From positions 51,584,001-51,648,000 of the forward strand of contig OX638152.1 of the NCBI GenBank assembly GCA_951804945.1: DNA of 64,000 bases. The letters are read 5' to 3'. Every line of letters starts with the position of its first letter. Position 1 is the first letter of the stretch. Positions 13,296-26,570 of the stretch are shown here, one piece after another. Below the pieces are notes generated by a model. The model had not been told where the DNA came from. It worked only from the letters and a program-made list of their open reading frames with translations, and made no database searches. A program made the translations under genes and the position numbers. This stretch comes from Podarcis cretensis. Lineage: Eukaryota.

Positions 13296-13735
13296 CGCCC
13301 ACCCTCGACTCCCAAGCCTACCCCAAGCCGTTGGGGAAGGGGAGAAGCTGCGCCGCCTTGCCGGCAGCCTTCCCCCTTTCCCCCTTTGTTTTGACAGCTC
13401 AGGGGAGGCTTGGGAGTTGCGGGTGGGTGGCGTGCCATTGCCCCTCTCTCCCAGGTGGCTTGCTGGGGGGGCACAACTCCCCCGAGCTGTCAAAAGGAAG
13501 AGGGAAGGGAGGAAGGCTGCTGGCCAAGCTGTGTGGCTCCCTCTCCCCCCCCCCACCCAGGAAGCAGCCTGCCATGGGCTCGCTCCATCCCCATGAGTGG
13601 CTCACTCTGCCCCCCTGGTATGCTAGTTGCAGGCGGCGCCCCCCTGGGACGCTCGCCCCACCCCCATGGCCCTGCCCCCGGGCACACAGCATGTGTGCTG
13701 TTCCGGGTGTCGGAGCAGCTAGCTGCACCTCTGAT
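13294..13735. repeat. GC-rich element with interleaved inverted repeats (unclassified, probably MITE-derived)
   Basis: 13294-13319 is complementary to 13406-13431; 13339-13407 is complementary to 13477-13548. Confidence 0.6.
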
Positions 13736-13761
13736 ACTAGTATTTTTGTGTGTTTCCTATA

Positions 13762-13987
13762 CAGTGGTACCTCGGGTTACAGACGCTTCAGCTTACAGAC
13801 TCTGCTAACCCAGAAATAGTACCTCGGGTTAATAACTTTGCTTCAGGATGAGAACAGAAATCGTGCTCCAGCAGTGTGGCAGCAGCAGGAGGCCCCATTA
13901 GCTAAAGTGGTACCTCAGGTTAAGAACAGTTTCAGATTAAGAATGGACCTCAGGAACGAATTAAGTTCTTAACCCGAGGTATCACTG
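13762..13987. mobile_element. Tc1/mariner (Tigger/pogo-like) MITE
   Basis: TIR CAGTGGTACCTCGGGTTA ... TAACCCGAGGTATCACTG, TA on both sides; sister copies at 15719 and 23551. Confidence 0.9.
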
Positions 13988-14234
13988 TACTTAAAGAAAA
14001 TGTTGAGGAGAATGCATTGCCAGTTTTGACTCCTGAGTGTTCTTTTCCTTCCAGAAATAGAATTTGAAGCCACGTTCATGGCTTAATCCAACTGCCTCCA
14101 CTAGTCTAATTAGGAACTATCTAGTCGTGAAAGGATGAGAGAGAGAAACAGAAGAGCTGCCCATCATCTAGCTCCTAGTAGTCCAACTGAGGTGCACTTC
14201 TCCATTTCAGCTGCCACCACAGAGCTAATTTGTG

Positions 14235-14410
14235 GTTAGAAGTAGAACCTGTGAGACTAGGGTTCAAATCCCCACTCAGTCATAAATGGGTGCCTCCTAG
14301 CCAGTCACTGTTACTTAGCCTAACCTACCTCACAGGATCATTGTGAGAATAAAATGGAGAGTGGGGAAACATGCACATCACCTTGAACTCCCTGAAGGAA
14401 AAGTGGGACA
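14235..14410 (+). mobile_element. MIR-like CORE SINE
   Basis: B-box GGTTCAAATCC, core TAGCCTAACCTACCTCACAGGATCATTGTGAGAATAAAATGG, L2-like tail. Confidence 0.7.
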
Positions 14411-15718
14411 CACACACACACACTGAGAGGACAATAGATTTAGCTTTCAAAACATTTTTTCCTTGTTGTTTATCTATGCTATCTTATTATATAGTTATCT
14501 AGATTGAGACTTAATAATTGTAAATTATTTTGTGAGTCCACTTGAAAAGTGGTATGTAAATATACAAAATAAATAAAAGTTTACTTATCTTTTCCCTTTG
14601 GGAAAAGCAGTTTTTTCCCCTCCTAGATATGGGTAGATTTGTCTTCCCCCACACACTGGCTCTACTTGTGTACAGCTGCTCAATTGCATTACATTCAGAT
14701 AATCTGTGCAATTGACCAAATAATTAGGAGACCAAGCAATCCCCAAAGCAGCCCTTGTGTTTCTTCCAGTAATGTTAGATGGGGCAGAAGAGCCACAATC
14801 ATGTGGTAATCTGTAGCTCTGGTTCTCACATAACAAGATATATGAACATGGAAAGCTATTTTAGAATGAGTTGGCCTCTTGGTTCATTTAGCTTGGTATA
14901 GTGGAGAATATTCACCAACAAAAGAGTATTTCAACTTCTTATGTGCATGCAGTCCACCTTTGGTGCTTAAGCTTACTAGACAAGAAGCATGGCACAAAAA
15001 CTTGGGGGAGGGACTTATCAAGAAACACTGTATTGATTATTTCTCAGCTAGTTCAGATCATTGATGTTTATCTTTCTGAATCTTTTGAAGAAACAAATTA
15101 TATTTGAGAATACCTAAATATCTTATTTTTCTTTTCTAAGGCATTTTTTTAAGCCACAAGAATTTTTTAAAATAAAAGGTAAGCATATATTCTTCCCCTT
15201 GATTTCTTATATCTCCTTCTGCCTAAGCCCTTGCGAAGGACTTGCAAAGAAGTTAGGAATAATGAACAAATTAAATATGATGCAACAGATCTACTAACAG
15301 GATCTCCCACAAGTATTAACAGTAGCCGTGGTGTGTGGCCCAAGTTAGATTAGGTTAACCATTCTCCCATGCTACCACCATTAAAATTGTCACACACACC
15401 CCAAGCTGCTATTTGTTCCACCAACCCATATGTTTCCCATACCTTGTGGGGCATGCAGAAGTTTGGAGAGAGAATTTTAATTGCAAATATGGCACAGAGC
15501 AAATGGATTAACCATTTATTCTTTTCAAGTTTTTGTTGGTTCATCCTCATAGCTATTATTCAAAACTCTGAAAACCCCTATTCACTGACTTCTCATATCA
15601 CCCTTAGGTTCGGTCTGAATATGTGTATTGCAATTATAGTTCTCTTTTTCTCCCCCCCCCCCCCTTTCCAGCAGATAACTTTGTTCCATCAAGGGAATTT
15701 GGTCATATTCATAGACTA

Positions 15719-15944
15719 CAGTGGTACTTTGAGTTAAGTACTTAATTCGTTCTGGAGGTCCGTTCTTAACCTGAAACTGTTTTTAACCTGAAGAACCACT
15801 TTAGCTAATGGGGCCTCCTGTTGCCACCACGCCGCCACCACACGATTTCTGTTCTCATCCTGAAGCAAAATTCTTAACCTGAGGTACTATTTCTGGGTTA
15901 GTGGAGTCTATAACCTGAAGTGTATGTAACCCGAGGTACCAATG
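15719..15944. mobile_element. Tc1/mariner MITE (same family as 13762, opposite orientation)
   Basis: TA|CAGTGGTAC ... GAGGTACCAATG|TA. Confidence 0.9.
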
Positions 15945-15950
15945 TACTAT

Positions 15951-15951
15951 A

Positions 15952-15984
<33 letters not shown>

Positions 15985-16675
15985 TTATTTATACCCCGCC
16001 CATCTGACTGGGTTTCCCCAGCCACTCTGGATAGCTTAAAAAAAGGTAAAGGTACCCCTGCCCGTACGGGCCAGTCTTGACAGACTCTAGGGTTGTGCGC
16101 TCATCTCACTCTATAGGCCGGGAGCCAGCGCTGTCCGCAGACACTTCCGGGTCACGTGGCCAGCGTGACAAGCTGCATCTGGCAAGCCAGCGCAGCACAC
16201 GGAACGCCATTTACCTTCTTGCTGGTAAGCGGTCCCTATTTATCTACTTGCACCCGGGGGTGCTTTCGAACTGCTAGGTTGGCAGGCGCTGGGACCGAAC
16301 GACGGGAGCGCACCCCGCTGCGGGGATTCGAACCGCCGACCATGTGATCGTCAAGTCCTTGGCGCTGAGGTTTTACCCACAGCGTCGCCCGCGTCCCTAC
16401 CCGCTGGATAGCTTACAGCATATATAAAACATAATAAAGCATCAAATATTTAAAACTTCCCGAAACAGGGCTGCTTTCAGATGTCTTCTAAAAGTTGTAT
16501 AGTTCTTTATCTCCTTGACATCTGAAAGGATTGTGTTATCACAGGGAGGGTGCCACTACCTAGAAGGCCCTCTGCCTGGTTCTCTGTAACTTCGAGTCTG
16601 GCAGTGAGGGAACCAACAGAAGGCCCTCAGAGTAGGGCCTCAGTGTCCAGGCTGAGTGATGGGGGTGGAGACACC
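15951..16675 (-). mobile_element. L2 3' fragment with (ATC)n tail, interrupted by a Sauria SINE
   Basis: Reverse complement resembles 50820-51130; split at the SINE TSD. Confidence 0.85.
16039..16403 (-). mobile_element. Sauria SINE (tRNA head, RTE/BovB-related tail)
   Basis: GGGACGCGGG head, B-box GGTTCGAATCC, ACCTTT tail; 12-bp TSD CTGGATAGCTTA at 16027-16038 and 16404-16415. Confidence 0.93.
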
Positions 16676-17864
16676 AGGGTTTGAGTTTGGATTCCTGGCA
16701 AGAGCTTTGGAAAGGTACTCTATATTGGCTTTATTTACATATCAAAGCAACCTGCACCTAGATGGATGGACTGCCAGAAGGTGCACTCTTCCAGGGTCTC
16801 CTGAGAAAGATAGATGCTAACCAACCTAGATGGAGGGATTGCAGAGCATTCACATCCTATGAGGATTTGGCTTCCCCCTTAAGGGGGAAAGGTTCTCTAG
16901 GGAGTATGTGGAACATGTGAAGTAAAAATGGAATAAAATGTCCTGTGACCAGAAAGATATAAGAAGGCAACAGAACACATCTTTGGATAGCAATATTAAA
17001 TCAACAAAATTCAGTCCCACTTATACTGGGATTTTTTGTTTGGTTTCGTTGCCTTCTGAACACATTTTATTTAGTAGCTAAAAGAGAAGTGGGGCTTTGT
17101 GCAACTTAAATAATTAAAATAAGACTCCAGATAAATTACTGTATTGATTTTTTCTTTGTCAGAGTATCACTGTAAGAAATACACTTTCTAGACCAAACTT
17201 CATTATTTTACCTAATATTGCTTTAATAGGATTTTACTCCTATGTTTATTTTGTTTATCCTACTTAGAATATCATTTATTTTACTGCCTTAACTATTAAC
17301 TATCATTTATCCAAGCCTTAACTATAATGAAGTCAAGATCAGTACCTTGTAACAGAACTTGAGTTGCATCAAGGCCAGGTACTTTATTGGCATTATTTAC
17401 TGTCATCTTTTACACCAAATATGTATATTTTCAGGACCCACCCTATTTCTTTTGATTTCCTGGGGTTGAAAGGCAGGTAATAAATTAAAACAAAACAAAA
17501 CAACAACAGAGGGCTAGACCCAGAAGTTACCAATCCTCCATGGGGCAATTTTACAGGTGAGTAGGGCCACTCACTTGTAACTTGTCAAGCTCTAGGAAGA
17601 ACTGCAAGCCCACTTTAAGTGCACTACTAAGTGCCTTGCAATCTCAGCTTAAATTTAAAAGAATTCAAGCCAGGGTTCCAAAGACACTTCCTTTGCAATT
17701 CAAACCCAAATCTTCCTAGGCTAGAATTCCAAAAGGAATTCTTGCTTTTGACCTTGGCTTTACCTGTTTTGTGCCTGATGTCATGTAATATCAGGTGATG
17801 GGGAGATGGGGATGGTTTGGGCTAAACCATGTCCTATGTTAAATGCCAAGGCCTATGAACAGAT

Positions 17865-17865
<1 letters not shown>

Positions 17866-17908
<43 letters not shown>

Positions 17909-18178
17909 TTTATTTATATCCTCCCCTCCTCAGCTGAAGCCGGGCTCAGGGCAGCTAACAACAATCAAATAATCCAACATTCTAAAAACATTTCATTATA
18001 AAAATTAATTAAAATCAAATTGATGGCAACCGTTAAGCAAAATTCTGTGCAGATTGCCAGAGGAGGGAATCAGGCTGCACCCTGATCAAAGGCCTGGTGG
18101 AACAGCTCTGTCTTGCAGGCCCTGCGGAAAGATGTCAGGTCCCGCAGGGCCCTAGTCTCTTGTGACAGAGCGTTCCAT
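17866..18178 (-). mobile_element. L2 3' fragment with long (TTA)n tail
   Basis: (AAT)n, then TTTATTTATATCCTCCCCTCC...GGGCAGCTAACAAC; same subfamily as 270-330. Confidence 0.8.
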
Positions 18179-18291
18179 TTAAGGAGGAGCATCATGTGAT
18201 GCAGGAGATAAATTACCTTACATTCCAAACTTCATATTATTATGAGTTTGTGGGTGCCAAAGTGACACACATAATTCCTGGATTTAGTAAG

Positions 18292-19493
18292 TGTTAGAAT
18301 TTAATCAATGCTTGGAAAATTAAACTGGAAGTCAGATGTATGTATCTTAATAACTGGACTCAACTTCCTGTGTTCAGGAGATGCCTGAGAGATGGGCCAT
18401 CCCATTAACAGAGAACAAAGACAGGGGAATGGGCCATCAGACTCTGTGCCAGCTGGCAAATGGGTGGAGCTCATCCCTGAGCTCTGAGATAGCAGAACTA
18501 AAACAGAGTGGAGAGTTTAGGATTGCAGTTGGGGATGATATGGGCTGGAGGAAAATAGTTGCAGTCTGTAAAATGCAGCAAGTTGGAGAGAGGCTGAGCC
18601 ATGGCTGGTGACTTTTTAAACCCAATGCTGCTATGATGGAAGAAGCAAGAACTTCTTTGGGTGTCAATGCTGTGAGACCCTCCATCATAGGCTCATGTTG
18701 TATATATGTGTAAATAAACCATATATCAGAAAGACATCACAGGCTCTGCTGTGCCTCACTTCCAAAGGAAACATGAACCCTGGGTGAGCTTCCAAAGGAA
18801 ACATGAACCCTGGGTGAACTCTTTTTGACTGCCCTGGTCACCACTACTGAGTCGTACATCTGATTCATACTACGGATACGTCTTTTTGGCCCTATTTGAC
18901 TCTTCATTCTGACTTTATATAATATGGACTCTTTTTGACTGCCATTGAGACTTGTATAAAACTATTGTTGTGTACTGGTATTTATGTACCTTTATACTAT
19001 ATCATTGCATATTTGAAACTACACTATTTCTGTACTTAAACGTTGTGTTTAAATTTAATATTATTTTAAAACTATCACACTTATACGTCGTGTTTAAATT
19101 TACTATTAGTTTAACACTGGTATTCTTAGCAGAACATACACGTTTTTCTTCTCTACTCTCGAGTAGGAATTATTCCTTGTATTGAAACTTTTGGCCAGAG
19201 CTCTTGGTATATCCTGTTTAGTGTCTGTAAAATGCAGCAAGTTGGAGAGAGGCTGAGCCATGGCTGGTGACTTTTTAAACCCAATGCTGCTATGATGGAA
19301 GAAGCAAGAACTTCTTTGGGTGTCAATGCTGTGAGACCCTCCATCATAGGCTCATGTTGTATATATGTGTAAATAAACCATATATCAGAAAGACACCACA
19401 GGCTCTGCTGTGCCTCATTTCCAAAGGAAACATGGGTGAGCTCCTGGTCCCCTGGAATCTCGCAGTGCTCAGAGACTGAGATTGCTTGTAACA
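18292..19493 (+). mobile_element. LTR-like element with a 212-bp internal duplication flanking an AT-rich insert
   Basis: 18564-18775 matches 19223-19434 with 2 mismatches; ends TGTAACA; similar to 10432-10871; left boundary uncertain. Confidence 0.6.
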
Positions 19494-22022
19494 ATATCAA
19501 CAAACTGAGTGCTGCCTTCATTGCCTACTGAGCACGATCACCTGAGACATGACTGCTGGTAACGGTTTTATTATTTGGAAAACTTGCAGCCACATTTTCA
19601 AGTTAGATAGCAGCAGGAGACTTTCTCCTACCACTCCCCCCCATCCCCTGCCAAAGTATTAAGTCTCATACATTTTAAGAGCTGCATGAGGCCAGAACTG
19701 AATGACTGTATCCAAATTGCATTTTCACTGCTAGAGCCTGCTAAAAGGAGGAGAGAGTATTAGCAGATTTTCTGCTGTCTTTTAAATGGCAGAAATGCAG
19801 TGAAACTAGGGGTAGGGCCCATATCAGTTGTTGTTCAGTGCTGTACAAAAACAGAAGTAATAGGAAAGGGCACAGCAAGAAGAAGGAAGTTAAAGTAGCA
19901 GCCATGGTTTGTGTTTTTCCTTTTTCCAATCTTATGTACAATTTGCCCCATTTCTGTATCAATTTGCCCCCATTTCTTTTGAAAACTCCACATGAAAGTC
20001 AGCTTGCATTTTTGTGTGAATTTCCCTAATGGCACACGGTTTTGTCATGCATGTATTTTTTTTTTTTTGGGGGGGGGGGAGGCAACCATTGCCTCTAATA
20101 TGCTGCAGGATTGTTTGTTATGCACACTAAACTCTCATTTCTGTGTTTGTTCTGGGATGAGGAAGCAGTGGCCCTATAGATGTTGTTAGGCGCCATCTTT
20201 GACCATTGGTTATTCTGGCTGGGATTAATGGGAGTTGGAGTCCAACAACATCTAGGAGGCCACAGGTTCCCTATCCCTGTGCTAATGGAACCTAATTGCT
20301 TGTAGCACTGTGACACAGTGAACATGAGCTAGATAAGTGTGTGGCAAATTCCAGGTACCCACCAGGGCTGTCTATAGTCATTTCTGAAGTGTAGTTATAT
20401 CCACCCCAAATCTCCAGGGGCCTTAAGAAAAAGGGGGGAAAGCCTCATGCACTGTGTACAGAGGAGATAGCTTCTAGTTTGGGAATGAAAGTTTTTTAAA
20501 AAGTTTCCTTATGTGTGTTGAAATCTGTGCATTCCTACTAAGGATGTCTTGGAATCAGAGCCCTTAAGTCTAATTGATTTCAGAGGGAGTAACTATAGAG
20601 GATTGCAGTATAAAAGACAGAAATAGTTTGCCTACTTACTTATGGATAGGAAAGACACACATTGTCTTTCAAACAGCCAAATAAATGAAAAGGGAGGTCT
20701 ATTAATATTAAATATATGTATCATTTTGATAAAGTAAAATGAAATAGTTATTTGCAGAGACTTATTTCCAACTAGCTGGTTAAATAAATCCACGGATAAG
20801 CAAACAAAAGGAAGCAGAAAGTAATTGGAAAGCCACACCGCTGTTTGCAATAAATGGTCACTTGTGTTAACGTTTATAGTCAGTTTGTCTTCCTGAGGGC
20901 AAAAATCCTGGTGCAGTGTCCTTCATTAATATTAATGAAACCTTTAATTAAAAACAAAACAAAAACCCACACAAATTCTCAGTGGTGGGATAAAAATTAC
21001 TGCAGAATTGTGTTGTATGACTAATGGTATGGTCAGAAAACTCACTGGTTTGGTGAGCGGGGGAAGGTGTTATTGAGGAAGCATTAGGAGAAGGTTCAGA
21101 GAAGATCGGTCATTTAAATTGGAGAACCGAAGTGTGAATTTTCATTGGAAACACCCACATGGGAAACTGTATGAAGGGCAAAGCTACCAAGCACCATGAA
21201 CCAGGAGGTTTGGGCCACCATGTCAAGTTTGATCCCCAAGTAAGACAGTTTAGGGGGCGGGCCCTCGGTCTTTCTGCATGCCAGCAGGACTGCTGCTAAT
21301 GATTCCAGCAAATTCCCCTAAAACAATTCATCTTTGTATCTTATGTGGCTGCAGAACTGCACCGCAAAATTTGTTGAAGCATAAATTTTGAAAGATGGCT
21401 GTGTTTTGGTTCACATAGGCTTTTGCAAAGTGTGAATTAGGTATGCTCACCTTTAAATGCAAATGGAATCCAATTTCTTCCCATCCCAGCCATAAGCTTT
21501 TCCTTACTGTTTTGGCCACATGGAGTCCGTTTTTTGCTCCTGTTAAAACCAAATGTTCACGTCCTATGCCAAGGTCAAGATCTGTTAAATATGTCTCTGT
21601 TGCCTCAGGCCTATCTCTCCCCGCACATTTAAAACACACAACTGCACCCTTGCATGTTAATTCCTGTGTGTGAATCAAAATATGTGCAAATGTTATGTGA
21701 ACATGGGGACAACTACCTAGAACTTCTTAAAACTGTGAGATTCTAAAGGTCAATGCTTGAATTGTTTTCTGAATTTCATATATTTTATTTTTGTCTGATT
21801 AAGTACAGTCATTAATCTTGGTGTCTTACTATTGATTTTTTTTGGCTGCAAAGGTGACTTGCAAGGTTTCCCTGACTTATTTCCCCACATTGAGATATAC
21901 TATAAGTGATGTTTAGTTAGGGTTTCTGGGCCTGAAATTATTGCTGCCAAATATAAGAGCAATAACCTTTTCCCTGTTGCCATGGAAAGATGCCACACAA
22001 AAAAGAGATCTACATTTATCTC

Positions 22023-23080
22023 CTTTTTTTTTGAATAGATTTTTATTAAATTTTACACAAATATCTCCAATTAAACAATTTCCCAAATAACATATTTTCA
22101 TCTTTTGAACTTCCCTCAGCTTCTCTGACAATCATCCGTATTTAAATTTTTGTCTACGCATTCCTCAAATTTAGTATCGCCTTTTAAAAATACCTGTATA
22201 GCCTTATTTGCATTCTTGCAATATTTCTTATTTTTTCACAAAGCTTCTTTAAAACCCACTAGTGTTGTTTGCTCATCACATACACTCTTCAAATATTTTG
22301 AAAATTTTTCCCAGTCCTCAATGAACTTGTGATCTCATTGATATCTAATTTTCCCAGTTAACTTGTCCAGTTCTGCATAATCCATTAGCTTCATTCTCCA
22401 TTCCTCCAGAGTCGGTAGTTCTTCCTGCTTCCATTTTTGGGCCATCAATATTCTCGCTGCTATTATTGCATACTGAAAAAGTTTACAGTCCTTTTTATTT
22501 ATTTCATTTCTTGTTATTCCTAAAAGGAAGGTTTCTGGTTTCTTTATTTCAACATCTTCTTTAACTCATTGTATATCATCTCCCAGAACCCCTTCACTTT
22601 CTTCTTACATTCCCACCACATATGAATAAAGGTTCCTTCTTTCTCTTTACATTTCCAACACTTATAACAAGTTTTAAACATTTTTGCTAATTTAACCGGT
22701 GTAATATACCATCTGTATACCATTTTCATAACATTTTCCTTGAGTATAATACATGCAGTAAACTTCAAGTTATCATTCCATACTTTGACCCAATCTTCAA
22801 GATATATATTGTACCCAAAATCTCTGGCCCAATGAATCATTACCGACTTAACTTCCTCGTCCATCGTATACCATTCCAATAACATTTTGTACATTTTTGA
22901 GATTATCTTACAATCATTATTTACTATTTCTGTTTGGAATTTTGACTCTTTCTCTATATAACCCTTTTCTTTCACATCTTTTTTAAACATATCATTTATC
23001 TGATAATAGTGCAACCAATCTAATACATATTCTTTTACTTGTTCATATGGCTTCAATCTCCATTTCTCCATTTGGAGATT
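22023..23080 (-). mobile_element. L1-clade LINE, 5'-truncated, with 16-bp TSD
   Basis: GATCTACATTTATCTC at 22007-22022 and 23081-23096; poly(T) and TTTATT at the left end; ORF 22544-23071 has the CCHC knuckle CWKC-x8-H-x4-C. Confidence 0.9.
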
Positions 23081-23550
23081 GATCTACATTTATCTCTTGG
23101 GTGGCATCTACACAAATATAAAAAATGCTGTGAAAATGCTTTTTTTAAAAAATGTTTTGAAAAATACATTGAATTTTGCATAGCTCATTGTCGCCACCTT
23201 GTGCCACATTTGTATATTGCACTTTACAACACATTTAAAACGTTTTATTTGCAGCTGTGTAGCTGAGTCCTTGCACTCTAGATTCTCTGTGATCTGTCAT
23301 CTCCATACCTTTTCCCCATTGCTGAGAAATCAGCTGAGAGGAGGCAGTTTTACCAAATGGCCAGAAGGGAAAGAATTAAGCAATTCCCCTCCTACAATTC
23401 TTTCACATTGAAATGCAGCCTTCTAGGGCTATTTTTCAGGAACTCATCCAACTCCCCTCTCTCAAAACCCAAACCATCAGAAATGCAGAATTTCATATCA
23501 CATTTAGTTTGGCACCGATTATCTTGGAAATGTAAAAACTTTCAAGAATA

Positions 23551-23775
23551 CAGTGGTACCTCGGGTTAAGTACTTAATTCGTTCTGGAGGTCAGTTCTTA
23601 ACCTGAAACTGTTCTTAACCTGAAGCACCACTTTAGCTAATGGGGCCTCCTGCTGCTGCAGCGCCGCTGAAGCATGATTTCTGTTCTCATCCTGAAGCAA
23701 AGTTCTTAACCCGAGGTAATATTTCTGGGTTAGCGGAGTCTGTAACCTGAAGCGTATGTAACTTGAGGTCCACTG
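23551..23775. mobile_element. Tc1/mariner MITE (same family as 13762)
   Basis: TA|CAGTGGTACCTCGGGTTAAG ... GAGGTCCACTG|TA. Confidence 0.9.
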
Positions 23776-24701
23776 TATAAGAACACATTGCCTAAGCAAC
23801 CACAGGGCATTATTAAGTCTGTCAGATGACTAGCGGTAATGCTTTTTTACACATAGAAACAACAGGTATGTCAGGAAAATGCTAATCATGGCAGGGTGGG
23901 GGGAATTTGTGTGTTGCTTTAACTGGAAAAGCCAGCGACTTGGCTGTGATACAAAATACATTTACCAGGGAGTAAGTCCTGTTGAATTCAGTAGGTCTTG
24001 CTTTTGAATAAACAGACTTAGTAGGACTACATCCATGTAATCTATTTGAAGTGCTCTACAGTTACCTTCCATAAACTAAAGCAAGTTGAAAATCTCACTT
24101 GCTAGCATGAAATCTTTCCGCTAAAATGATTATTGGAAGAACTCTGCTTCTATCCTATTATCAAATGGACTAGAAAATGCTTCTACCGAAAGATTGCTTA
24201 CTGTTTGGAACAGAAAAACATGGTTTCTTGGACTGTATGTTTTATCTCTCAGCCCAAGACCATAAAGCAAGATAACTGTGGGAGTGGAATGGTTGCATGA
24301 TATATATTTCCCAGCCCCCCATAAAACACGGGTTAATACTCCTTATAGGTTTGCACAATGGATTATGAAAGGCAGAGTTTTCCATATGACTCCAATGAGG
24401 ATTGCTACAATAATAATGGTTTTAATTATTCAGTCTATTTGGCCAGATGTCCAAATCCAGGCAACCTTTCTGTGTATTCTCTCTCTCTTCTCTTCCCCTG
24501 CCTTTATTGTTCTCTCACATCTATCACTTCTGCCCTATTCAAGGGTCCTAAATCACAAGATTACAACTGTGTGAAGTGGAAAGTGGGTCATGGCTGCTGC
24601 CCCCATCTTCCCACTGCCCACACACTGAAGAGGGGAGGCTGCCTGTCATCCACAGCGCCCTCTGATGACTTGGAATCTGCATTGCACACAATTCCAAATT
24701 A

Positions 24702-24943
24702 CAGTGGTACCTCAGTTTTCAAACGTAATCCATTCTGGAAGACTGTTCAAGTTCTTAAACGTTCGAAAACTGAAAACTCAATAGCCAACAGCCAGGCCTC
24801 AGGATCTTGCACTCAGTGGAAGCCACGTGGCATGTTCGACTTCCGAGGCGTGTTCGAAAACTGAAGCATTTACTTCCGGGTTTATGGCGTTCGAAAATTG
24901 AAATGTTCGTCAGTGGAGATGTTTGGAAACCACGGTACCACTT
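24702..24943. mobile_element. Tc1/mariner MITE, second subfamily
   Basis: TA|CAGTGGTACCTCAGTTTTC ... GAAACCACGGTACCACTT|TA. Confidence 0.85.
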
Positions 24944-25015
24944 TATTGTGGTGGGGAACCCAAGTGTGTAGAGCAGGCTCCCTGCTTCTGACTCCCCCCA
25001 AAGTGCAAACAGTGG

Positions 25016-25177
25016 CAGAGGTGCCAACCTGAATACTGGGGGTGGGGAGCAGGTAAGCCCCACCCCACATAATCGCTGACATAATGTGGTGCAGGCACAC
25101 ACTTTAATGGAAATGCCCATCAAAGATTTTATGGGGGGGGGCAAAGCCCCCTCAGTCCCTAGGAGTTGACTCCTATG
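25016..25177. mobile_element. hAT-type MITE
   Basis: CAGAGGTGCCAAC ... GTTGACTCCTATG imperfect TIRs; flanks AACAGTGG / ACCAGTGG (7/8 TSD). Confidence 0.6.
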
Positions 25178-26034
25178 ACCAGTGGGAAGTTAGGAGATGT
25201 GACAGTAATGGCCCCAACTTTCCTAATTTACTATTTGCACATTCTGGAAACAACTGAAGACATTTTTGTTCTGACAAGCTTTTCCAAGATGGACGAATAG
25301 GATGAATAGGCTCTGGATGTCCATTTTGTATTGTTTTTCAAATTCACATTCTGTGGTTTTTAACTGGCCTTTTAAAAGCCATTTTTATTATATTTTCTGC
25401 ATGCTCACACACACATAGTGATTTATGACATCTGGGCAAGGCTATTCTCCAATAACAGTATTTGGGAATTGATTTTTACCAGTATGTGTTGGACAATGAA
25501 CTGGAATAAATGCATCTCAAAGTGATCCATGAAAACCTAATTTTCCTAAAGAGTATTGGCTGAGTATGGATTTTTCCAATGAATCAATTTTGTGTTGGGA
25601 ACTATATTGGCCAACTAATTCTTCCTGATTGATCAACTAATTCCTTCTGATGGTATCTTGAATGTATCTTGAAAACATTAATAAACATTGGGGGAAAAGA
25701 TTATTCAGCAAACATGGGCCACCTTCATGTCAATGGACTAAGTGTCACAACGCTCTCCTACACTAGACTTTCTTGAGCACTCAACTTCTGTGCAATAGAA
25801 AACCAAACCTCTGGATCAACAAACCACTGTTTTTATTATTTAAACTGCCACAGTTCTGTGACATCACCAATGCTGAGCGCAGCCCACCATCACAGATAAC
25901 TAATGTAGTGTAATAATGATTATAGATTGGGAAAGTGGGTTTTTTTTTTTTTTACAAAATAATTTTTGTTCATTGTAAGACAAATAGCTGAGTCTGATCA
26001 ACATAAGCATAAAGCCAACCTGGTGTCCGAATGC

Positions 26035-26570
26035 AGTGGTGGATTGGATGAGGGACAATAAACTGTGTTTGAATCCTGGGGAAACGGGGGCTCTTTGGGT
26101 TGGTCACTCCCATGTCTGGGAAATTAGCCTGTTTTGGACAGGGTCACACTCCTCTGAAGGAGCAAGTATGGAGCTTGGGAGTATTCCTGGATACTTCTTT
26201 TTCAGTAGAGGCCAATGGCATGCCTTTTACTGGCTTTGTCTGGCTTGCCAGCTATAGCTGTTCCTGGACAGGTGCAGCCTGACCACTGTAGTCCAGGTGC
26301 TGGTAACCCTGAGGCTGGACTACTACCATGCAATCTTTGAAGCTGCCCTTGGAGCTTGTCTGGAGACAGAATGCTGCTAACCTGCAGCTCCATTGTTACA
26401 TTGTCTGCATTGGCTGCCCATTTACTACTGAGCCAGGTTCAAGGGACCTTGGGGACCTCCTGAACCCTTCCTTTCCAGCTCCAATCATCTGCAGGAGTGT
26501 TGCTGGCTGTCTCCCTCAGTCGGGAAGGCTCATCTGATTCCAACAGCAACAAGAAACAGCCTTTAGTGCA
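26035..26570 (+). mobile_element. Old degraded L2 ORF fragment
   Basis: WMRDNKLCLNPGET and PLKEQVWSLGVFLD resemble WMAANGLRLNPDKT and PLKDQVRSLGVILD of the long L2. Confidence 0.8.

Noticed and set aside
13259-13819. Several overlapping 100-186 aa ORFs
   Set aside because: By-product of a GC-rich, stop-poor repeat; low-complexity translations.
18818-19222. Hammerhead ribozyme expected if the insert were Penelope-like
   Set aside because: No CUGANGA/GAAA core with stems found on either strand, so the Penelope assignment stays unproven.
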